A stretch of DNA of 63,467 nucleotides, filler included, from Hyphochytrium catenoides (Eukaryota; Protista; Hyphochytriomycota): the NCBI GenBank assembly GCA_900088475.1. It is 9 parts of 9 records of this genome, joined end to end, with 100 filler letters (N's around TTAATTAATTAA, not from the genome) between each part and the next. Parts side by side here need not be neighbours in the genome. Positions count along the whole stretch, not along the records: positions 16,430 to 46,822 come from FLMG01003529.1; 8 more parts are not named here. One strand, written 5' to 3'. The notes under the pieces were generated by a model that saw nothing but the letters and a program-made list of their open reading frames with translations, was not told the DNA's origin and did not search any database. Each line of letters opens with the position of its first letter. Positions within the stretch are counted from its first letter, which is position 1. The position numbers and the translations under genes were made by a program. Positions 24,501 to 33,560 of this stretch are shown in pieces.

Positions 24501-25950
24501 ATGGTCTGCTGCCCTCCTCACTTGTGCATCTCCTGCCGTGAGTGTGCTAACTATTCTGAAAAAGGTGGCTCTCGAGAGTGGGCTTTCCTCTGGCATGGTG
24601 GCCGCTACCAGCTCTACGTAAGCTGCATACATGTGCGTCCTTGCCTGCTTCCTCATGATAGAGGGAAAGATCTCCGTACGGCCATCAAGCTTTAGCTTCT
24701 TTGTTCCCCACGAAAGGAAAGAGACATTGGTTGGAGAGAGTATGAAAGAGACAGCATGATCCACAACTGCTGGCTGAAACCTTTTCACGGTCCGAGCGGC
24801 ACTCGCGATGTTTCCTCCCTCACTGAGAGTCAGAAAGTCTGCGCGCCCAGCGGCAAAAGAAGTAAAGGGCATGGCAAAGCCTGGCACAGTGTCTTTCAGC
24901 TCCTGTAAGCGAGAGTGCCGAGCATATTGGCAAATGAACGCCCGCATGACTCGTTTTTCTACGGACCCTTTCTTCGCCTTGAAGTAGCGTTCCGCTAGGC
25001 CTATCAAAAGGTCACTCGGGCAAAAGGGGTTACCCCTGCCAGATGCATGGCCTCCTTCTTCGACCCGATGACGATGAAGGAAGGCGTTAAAGGAAGCCTC
25101 TCCAGCTTCCTCCGACCACCCACAGAAGACCTTACATATGTGAAGGAAAATTGCCTTATAGGTGTTAAGGACATTTCTTAGAGCTTGCCCTTCGAGGGAC
25201 TGCCAAGCGGCAGGATCGGTCCTGCTAGCCAAAGGCGGCATATGAGCGTACGTGTATTTGACTGCATGTCCCATGCCAAGAGCCCTCAAAAGGTCTGCAG
25301 GGGTACGCAAAGCCTCCTGCTGAGGAAGGCCTGCAAAGTCGTCGCAGTCGGAAGGTGCTGCTGCGGCAGTTATCTCCCTCCTCGAGAAGCTTGTCGCCGA
25401 TGCCACCCTCTCCGGATGCTGGCCCTTTCTTGGTGGATGAGGAGCTTTCGGCGGCGACTCTGCAAGCATGCCTTGCCTATAAGTACATGTACGCCGTTTC
25501 TTACTCCGAGAAGAACTGCTGAGGCTATCTGCTGGCTGACGTCCACGCTTTCGGTTCAGCTTTGTTGCGATTGGTATGCCGTCATGGTCACAACCACACC
25601 GGCTGCACTGAAAGCAGGTGCCACATCTGGCTACTTTACATTTACAAGCGAGTTCAGGAAGGTTGCCAGCCATGGCAGCAAGTGGAGCAGGGCGGTCCTG
25701 CAAGGAATCAGTCGCATGCTCTCAACCTTAGCGCGAGCGATGCCGAATATGCGAAGCTCGATAGCAGCAGCGGCAGAGTCTCTGCAATAGATCGCTGTTT
25801 CCTCCTGCTGCCTATCGGAAGGCTGCTACAAGGTCCACACAGAGAAGATAGAAACCACTCTTTGCGTGTGGAAAGCCCTAGAAAGACGCGGAATAGAGAG
25901 ACATTGTGGTACACCTACACATTTCCCTCTACTTGACTCAGAGATTGCTT
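21542..25950 (-). mobile_element. Sola-superfamily (Sola3-like) DNA transposon, 4409 bp, with ~32-bp terminal inverted repeats
   Basis: Left end GAGCAATCTCTGAGTCGAGTACAAGGGAAATG (21542-21573) matches the reverse complement of the right end, AAGCAATCTCTGAGTCAAGTAGAGGGAAATG (25920-25950). Flanks TTTT / GTTT may be an imperfect 4-bp TSD. The interior lacks microsatellites and holds one large transposase-like ORF. Confidence 0.85.
22554..25673 (-). CDS. Sola-type DDD transposase (~1039 aa from first ATG)
   Basis: Intronless ORF with an N-terminal Cys/His cluster (CKC..CGTCFQCSRCGCDH). Putative catalytic blocks are VVMDFKMNLEPMYFREK..GKRGISWHG, IQSDNATCYQN and ETQDGKSALDAHF, followed by a C-terminal GWARRP..MYG helical region. 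Family assignment is from motif recall, not a database search. Confidence 0.8.
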   Translation of the reverse strand: MAGNLPELACKCKVARCGTCFQCSRCGCDHDGIPIATKLNRKRGRQPADSLSSSSRSKKRRTCTYRQGMLAESPPKAPHPPRKGQHPERVASATSFSRREITAAAAPSDCDDFAGLPQQEALRTPADLLRALGMGHAVKYTYAHMPPLASRTDPAAWQSLEGQALRNVLNTYKAIFLHICKVFCGWSEEAGEASFNAFLHRHRVEEGGHASGRGNPFCPSDLLIGLAERYFKAKKGSVEKRVMRAFICQYARHSRLQELKDTVPGFAMPFTSFAAGRADFLTLSEGGNIASAARTVKRFQPAVVDHAVSFILSPTNVSFLSWGTKKLKLDGRTEIFPSIMRKQARTHMYAAYVELVAATMPEESPLSRATFFRIVSTLTAGDAQVRRAADHVTGFLVNDTFELITQILQTVRLSGATKDSLIREMEVVRAYMEYGFDRKVREADVDCCLHDIAYGLDNTHSIQGGSRTFCQECKRMFFFYTRVKQTVDAAGAPPSATEVIDDCCFKAKLFIGHRIRVINQQRAISQIVEGMRKYCLDNKGSDQALVVMDFKMNLEPMYFREKPVDHNGKRGISWHGVMVQYCTYDDDNGVQCATVRENKMYFDHLSDGDNKQDRESVISMTEAVLVRLRKDLPDIKRLVIQSDNATCYQNALLPLVLPYLAAGHGVEITRFIHTETQDGKSALDAHFARSMEVLKSYLKEGHNCVTPSQAVAGLKHHGGLPNCVVELIEHDRERLGGFVKEVYSLEKQFERHVKRANDIIFFRHVGEGEGGRSRCQSSTTGVLSYKDCPNFTLTAFEYSGIGEGITISCKPSEGQVLMTSGPTPNEQANDDSEEEYDAEEDSVIASLDEVSEAEEELEGSEDDDFEEVQTETVGTPLSTGPITGVEITTEGQLRRRQRQWRHGPRPEPKNLNGLASRDVVSYAIRRALHLHGRGEVGVIEATDNIALLEVPDPDDGYQIPYEIKGGWARRPPKGQMYGRKYIGSFKDEIRELFELGERDKSLKRGPGRMLEVLRQRHPDRFNLPSETEIRQEITKLMKE

Positions 25951-26863
25951 GTTTATAAAAAGAGGAAGGCAGAGATCAGAAGGAGACAGCACTGATCAAG
26001 GCTCATTAGCCACTCGAGCTTGGAGGATGGGACACGGAGGCAGATGGCAGATGCAGCTCGGGTTCTGGCTGGGCTGAGTGGTGCGCAGGGTTGTGCTCTG
26101 GAGCCTCCGAGGAGTCTCAAGTGAGAGACGCCCGTCGAAAGCATAGGTGGACGAATCACTTGATGATCTCTAATGTCTGCCCTCTCTCTTTCTCTCTCTC
26201 TCTGTCTCTCCCTCCCTCTATGTCTCCGTCTCGCTCTTGCTCTGTGCAACACGGTATCCGTTTTGTGCTCTTCCTCTTCTTAAGCTCAGACAACTCATCT
26301 TTGACGCACTGTGCTCTGTGCTCTGTCTTACGACTCCCCAGCATGTCTACTTCGGTACGCTCTGTCATCTCTAAATGGCCTTTGAACGGGAAAAGGGAAA
26401 CGAGAGCCCTTAAGAGAGAGAGAGAGAGAGAGTTTTTCAAGTCTCAGCAAACGAGGTAGAGATGGACAAGATGTAAGGCACCGCTCCCAGTGACGGCATT
26501 AGGTTGGCAAAGGAACGCTTTCTCTCTTGTTTGTTGCGCCTCCTCCTCACATCTCAAGAGCTTCCTCCTACTTGACCATAGAAGATCATAGCCCTTTTCT
26601 CCCTTCTTTTTTGAAAGTTAATCCTCTCTTGCCACGTCCCGGTATGCTTTTCCTTTCTTCTGGAAGAGACTATTGACATTAGACAGATCATAGCGCAAGA
26701 GATGTCGAGGGAGAGGAAGTAGAAAGGATAGCGAGATGATTGTGAGAGAGACGGAAGCAACCTGTAGATTGGAAAGCAAGTCTCTCTCGTTCCCACCCTG
26801 ACTTGCTGTCTCTTCCTTATTATCTCCCTCCCTCAGTCTATATATATATAGGCAGGATCTCCT

Positions 26864-26908
<45 letters not shown>

Positions 26909-27001
26909 GAACTCTTTGCTATAGAACGCTTCAATGTGAGTATAAATAGCTATTAGATTAGCCGTGTTCCCCTTTCTGAGTGCCTCTTCCCTTCCTGCTA
27001 C

Positions 27002-30000
27002 CTACGGTGACACCTCTCCTCTCTCTCTGGCGGCATCTCCGTCTTCCTGCTGCAGAGGAGGGCCAGTTAATTCCAAGCCTGGTAGACTGTACCTCTCTCC
27101 TCTTTCCTTCCCGTGTCCTTGCCTCTTCTCCTTTCCTGGCGGTGTCTGCTGTACCTTCAGATCCCTAGCTGAGGTTGTCCCTTCTCCTCTTTCTCTGCTT
27201 ATCCTCCTTCTGACATAACGCACGCCATAGCCGAACAGAGAGAGCACCACGATACCGCCTAAGGCACATCCAAGGAGAAGCAGGAGCGTGGCAAAACTCA
27301 TCTTGCTGTTCTCCTCTCTCTCTCCTGGAGAAGGAGAAGGAGAGACAGCACCACCACTTCCACTGCCTGTCCCACCTAAGGTCTCTCTCTCTTCTCCCTG
27401 TCGGACGGAGAGAATGGCGAACGAGCTGGAACTATTGATAATGCCATAGTAAACCATAGCTTCCGCGATGGCAGAAGTAGCGTCAGAGGCGTTCTCTTCC
27501 AGGAAAGAGAAGACAGATTCCTGCTGCTTGCTGTTCTCCCCATAGAATTCCCAGGTAATGCGCGTTGGAGAGAAAGAGAGAGAGGAAGAATCTCTCTCTT
27601 CACCCTCTTCCCCTACTGGCTTGTGCTCCACCTGCCGAACAGGCAACAGCATCCTCCTTCCCATCTGCCTGCTGGAAGACAGATCACGGTGAAGAGAGCG
27701 TGTCTCTTCCATAGAAGAAACAGCAGTGACATTGAACTGTTTTCGAGAGAAAGAGAAGCCCGAAGCTAAGAACGCTGACCACAAGCTCTGACGGAGGGTT
27801 GAGAGAGAGGAGGAACTGGAGAGAGATTCGATGGAGACAGAGAGAGTGCTATTGACACTCACGATATGGAGTCGAGAGAGAGGTGCTGTCTCTTCTTCGT
27901 TGGTCTCTCTTCTTTGCCACTGCGCGGTCATCACACAGCGTCGAAGATCATTGTTCCAGATCCAAGGGAGAAGGACTCTCTCTCCTCCCACGAAGTGATT
28001 GTATGGGCTTCCTTCTATCTTCTCACTGGAAGGGTTGAAGGTAAGATTGTAAGGAAAGAAGTATTGACAGCGGTCTCCAGCTTCTCTCCCGCTCTCTTTC
28101 TCTTCGCCTCTCTCTATCCAACCGTCACCCCGAGGGCTAGTCACAGAGCTAACAAGGGCGCTAGCAAGAGAAGAGACGAGAGCCGTGCTTCTCTTCTCCT
28201 CTGGAGAAAGTGAGAGAGAAAAGGCTGACTCTGCGCTTTGGATCTCTACAAAGGGAGGAGGAACGCACTCTGGCTCTTCAATGGTTCCTCTTCTCTCTGT
28301 CAGAGGATCAAGAAGGTAAATGACGGGGAAAGAACCTTTCTCTCTGACGCTCTGGGTGCTATGAGACCAACAAGGACGACCTTCATGGAGAGGATCCCCT
28401 TCCGGAGAGAGAAGGTCGTGAGAGAGAAGAACAACGAAAACGACGGAGTCGTTCTGAAGAGAGAGAGAAGAGGAGAGAAGGGAGTCATTAGACGACAGTG
28501 CAAGAGCGACAACCTCGTCTGGGTTGATAGTAGAACCATTTGCATAGCCCAGAGAAAGAGACGAGACAAGTTCAACCTCTCCTGAGACTCTCTCTCCCTT
28601 GCCATCTTCATAGGAGGAGATGGACGCCCACCACGATGTCTCCTTCAGTCCAGTGACAAACCTCTCTACTTTCTCTCTTGTCTGTCTCCCTTGGCCTCCG
28701 ACAGTCTCTCCCTCTCCTCCCCAATCTCCATACCAAAGCAGGACCACTCCTGTCTTCTCCTTCAGGAGCTCTCCTCCACGGTAGATCAGGGGAGGAAAGG
28801 AGGAAGGCTTTGTCTCTAATCCTTCAATGGCACACATCTTGTCCTTCGGGTTCCAGAGGCTCTGTATTAGGAACCTTCTCTCTCCTACACGGACATTGTA
28901 GGGAGCTCTCTCTCTCTCCGTATAGTAGATCCTTTGGTAGTTTCCCTGGCATAGATCTCCCGCTTCTTCTCTCTCAGGAGAGAGCCATCCGGCTCCAAGA
29001 GGATCGCTGACTAACTCTAAGAGTTCGTGGGCCAAGGTGTCCACTATCGCGTCCGCAGATATATCTCCGTTGATTGACTGTGCGCTAGCAAGAGCGTAGA
29101 GGGGATTGAGACAGGGAGAGGCGCAAGAAAGAGAGAGAGGATCATTGAGAAGCGCATATGGAACTGGAAGAGCGAGAGAGGCAGACGGTAGGGAGTAGAG
29201 AAAGGAGGTGTGATAACCGCAATAGGAGCTACACAGCGCTCCAGTCCCATAGGATTCCATTATATCATCGGAGAGGATGACAATGTAGGCCACGTTATGG
29301 AGAGAAAAGAGAGAGAGAGAAGAAGAGACAGAGTCAAGCACTCTCTTCACAATGAGAGACGAATCCTTTACAGAGGCACCGAGAGAGTACTTGTCAAAGT
29401 AGCTCCTGCCAAACAAGAGAGAGTCCGTCACTCTCTTTCCTCTGCTGTCTTGATACAGATTCATGGTGTTCCACCACGAAGAAGAGCTCAGATCCCTAAC
29501 AAAGCCTTCTACGATCGACACGGTCTGACTGTCTCTCTCTCTGTCCCAGTCTCCGTACCAAATAAGGTTGACCGTCACCTTCCCCTCTTCTCCTCTATCT
29601 CCTTGTTCTCCTGTCATTACCCTGCCATTGTGGAGGTTCAGCTCTTTCTCACTGTAGGCGGAAGAGAGAGAAGAAGAGAGACAGCGTTGCTTCCTCTCAC
29701 TCCACGTCTGCTCTAGCAAAAAATAGTTCCCATCCATCTCTACATTCGCTATGTACTGCGAGTGAAGAGGAAAGAACCGCCAGGCACATCGATCCATCAC
29801 TCCTTCTCTCTCTGCTTCCCGTCCTTCTACTCTCCAGCCATTTCCATAGGGATTCGTGGCTAGATTGAGAAGAGAATGACCAAGATGAGTCGTCATCCCA
29901 AGCCCTTGGATAAGGTCATAGTCGCTCGTTGTCTCCGCTAACGAGTAATAGACGTTAAGGGCAGCTGGGAGACAGAGTGAGGGGCAGTTCAATGGATTCC

Positions 30001-30935
30001 CAACAAAAAGATAGGGAACTTCCCTGCCAGCAGAGGGAGAGACGTAGCTGTCGTGGTAAGAGCAGTAATCCTTGCACATTTCCTTATCTGTTCTTCTCTT
30101 TTCGGAAATCTTCCCCGCTGTAAAGATAGCGAAGGCCGTGCGAGCTGAGGAAGAAAGGTTTCTTCCTGCAGTGGCTCTTTCTATCAAGGAGGGGACGTCT
30201 CCTGGAGAGAGCGAGAGGTTGCTCGTACTAAGGAAAAGACTCTTGTCGTGGGCGATCTTCGGCAGAGAGTACTCGCTTCTAACCTCGTACCACCAGTCAG
30301 AAGAAGAGACAGAGAGGAGGAAGGCTTCTATCGCTGAGAGAGAGAGTCCATTGTTCCTCCAGTCTCCGTAGAAAATAGGATACACGGTGACTGTCTTATT
30401 AGCTAGCGGGTTGGAGCCCCCAAAGGAGAGCTTGGGAACGAGAGAGGGAGATCTAATCTTCATCTGTGCAGGCTCTTCCATCCCCACTCTGCAACCCTAC
30501 GAAGAAAGAAGGAAGAAAGCAGACACTGAGCGCTCTAAGAGGTTGATGGGATAAGCTAAAAGGATTGGCTAGAGATAAACAGACAAGATAAGCAGCAGGG
30601 CTCTGCACTGCAGAAATACACGGAATGGAAGCTATAGAATTTGTCCCAGTGACACGTGCTACAGCGCTAGCGGCGTTCTGCACAGTCGAACCGAGCGCAA
30701 TGACAGAAGATAGGTAAGAGATCATAAGAATAGAATGTGGGACGGAGCAAGAGCATGGGGAGACAGGTAGCGCTTAAGAGCAGGGAGAAGCAGATAGGAG
30801 GGAAGTGGCACGAAAGAAAGCAGAGAACGACAAGGGAAGACAGACAAACGGACAGGCAGACAGAGAGGTAGGATGGAAGAGACAAAGCAGCCAAGGGCAC
30901 CCTACGGATTTTACGGAGGGGAGTTGGGAAAGAGA

Positions 30936-30968
<33 letters not shown>

Positions 30969-31010
30969 AAAAAAAGAGAGAGAAAGAGAGAAGAGAGAGA
31001 NNNNNNNNNN

Positions 31011-31045
<35 letters not shown>

Positions 31046-33560
31046 CAGAGAAGAGATTAGAGAAAGGTGTACCTGCGATAGGATGTCCCAGTTCTTCTGT
31101 ATGAGAAAACGATGGTGCTGGTAGACGACATTATAGTGCTTTCCCTCCGCAGTGGTGGAGATAGGAGAGAACTGCCAAGCACACTTGTCAGCGTTTTCAT
31201 AGCCGTCAAGAGCAATCCAAGCGTAGCCCATCGGGTCCGTTAGAGCCTCTTGGGAGTTACAGAGACGGTAAAAGAGAGATTTAGCGATAGCAAAGAGTGT
31301 ACGGGACCGAGGGAGAGAGCATAGATGGAGGACACATGATGAAGAGTAGATCTCGAGGAGAAGACACGCGCCATTTCTCCTGCAATAGGCCCGGGCGCAG
31401 CTCATGAGGGAACACATGGGGAAAATAACAATATGAATGCCTCAACACGCAATGAGACAGAAAGACAGCGACCAAGCAAGCCCGGTACGCTTAGAGTTTA
31501 GGTACACACGGAAGGTGAAGAGAAAGACGTTGGACGAGGAGAAGGAGAAGGAGCCATATAAATGCAGGGCTTACCTGTTATTTCATGAGCCACCACGCTC
31601 GCCATCGAGTCCGCTACTAGTCCGTTTGGAGGCGAATAAGAGCTCGGTATGGTGCATACCTCGTGAGGGTCACACTGAAAGGGATGACCAATGAACGCAT
31701 AAGGAACGTAGGCGCTGCCACCCACTCTGTCTTGAAGGTACACGGCCGAATGATAACCGCAGTATTGCTGGCAAAAGCCTTCAGCACCTCCTGATGAAGA
31801 GAGAGAAGGAGAGAGTGTCTGTGTGAGAGAGACAGAGAGAAAGATGAAAGCGAATGAGAGAGAGATGACAGAAAGGGAGAGGAACAGGGTGAAAGAGAAA
31901 GTCAAAGAGTGAAAGAGAGACTCAGCATGCCGTTAGTGAGATGAGAGGACTTTTATCGCGATACTTATTATACATCGACAGCAGGAAGAGGAAGAGGACT
32001 GGGACCCTACTCCCTACGCTTTCCCTCCGAGAACAGGGAGGCAAGGGGATCAGGGAAAGGCAACAGAAAGGCAGAAGAAGGAAGAGAACAGGGCCATGAC
32101 CGAGCAAAGGTGGAGAAAGGGCTACGAACGAATGGGAGCAATAAGTATCGCGTTACCTACCTTCACTGATGTCCTCCGAGGTCATGACGATGTAAAGCAT
32201 GTGCGAAGAAGGATCCTCTCCTACTTCCTCTATCGCCCTGTGCACAATCTCCTCTACTCCGCCATCCAAGCTCTTCCCTAAGAAAGCATCATAATAGATG
32301 GACTTTATAAACCTTAGGTTATCGTTCACATGGTACCCGTCCCGGTCGTGATAATGGTTCGTGATGTTCCACCAGGCCGTGGAGCCGATGACGGCCGAAA
32401 GGTCCTCAATGGTCCGGACAACAGAGCCATTAACGGGCCACGAGCCGTACCATACCAGGTAGATGTCCGTCGCGGGCTGCGTCATCATCAGTTCTCCATA
32501 GAACTCCATGTTTAATGTGCAGGAGAGGACCGCTGCGTCTTGTGACGTACAAGTGGTAGAGGGTTGAGAAAGAGAGCAGCCAGTCAGAGAGCTTTCAGAG
32601 CCCGTACAGCTGAGAGAATACTGCGGCGCGGGGATAGAGGATATGGTCCGTGTGCTATAGAATGACGAGGCTTTGTAGACCGCTGTAGCTTTATGATAGC
32701 CTAAGGTCTTGCAAGCCACGTTGGCCGTCGTCAGGGTCATACTAAAGGAAGAGGAAGCGAGCTTGGTGAAGACGGATAAACGAGGTAACCTAGTGAACGG
32801 ACAGGGGCTGAAGGAGAGAAGAGAGAAGCAACGCAGTTGAACAGCGTTTGAAAACAGAGGTACAGCCCTCAGGCGTAACTCAAAAGGAAAGAATCTTCCC
32901 TCAGATTGTCGTCAATCGCGCTGTTCTCATACGCCGCCAAACGACGTGGAGGAAGGCAAGCTAAAGATGCGGACGGAGTTTTCAACAAGGAGAGGGGATC
33001 AATCGAGGTCCACGCAGGGGAAGAAAGCTACCCGCAAAGGAGATTGATATATATAAAGAGGGGAAAAGAGGAAAGATGGAAGCTTGCTCTCACCTGGTAG
33101 CACAAAGAGGCTGCTGTTGTCCTTTATAGCACACCGATAAGAGTCCCGCATAGTCCCCACCAAAGGAGTCATCGACGCTGAAGGCTGGGGCCATACTGGT
33201 TGTGCAAGCGGGAAAAGATGGAAGAAGGCGCCGCTTTCGCTCCCCATAATTTATGCTTGCAATGTTTGGCAGAAGAGTGACCTCATTGTCGGTTCTGGAA
33301 ATGTTGGACGCCCATCCCTTCTTGAGCTCGTCAGCCCCGGAGTCGAGGTTAACGTACTTGGGACGGCTTCTCAGTGGTACAGCTCGCTTGTGGACTGCTT
33401 TGTAACCTCCGCCTCTTCCTCTTCTTTCACTTTGGAGATGTCGATGGTGCTGGACTGGATTGCGTCGCACTGAGACCTTCCCAGAGGAGAGTTCCAACGT
33501 GAGGATAAGACAAAGGCAAAGAACTGCCCATGCGGCAGACTGAGGACGTTGGCGCTTCAT
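27002..33560 (-). CDS. Type I membrane protein: signal peptide + SRCR + 4x Phi-1/EXORDIUM domains + juxtamembrane module + TM + short tail (~1644 aa, 5 exons)
   Basis: Exons 33560-33094, 32741-32161, 31790-31575, 31248-31073 and 30496-27002 total 4935 nt, all phase-compatible. SRCR pattern GLLSVCYKG..LCA..ANVACKTLGY..LSCTGSESSLTGC..DAAVLSC. Four copies of the pattern (W/F)YG(S/D)W..WW..C.(Y/S)H..P.G.(G/A)W..D.C..N..W..C. TM FATLLLLLGCALGGIVVLSLFGYGV followed by RRR. Confidence 0.85.
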
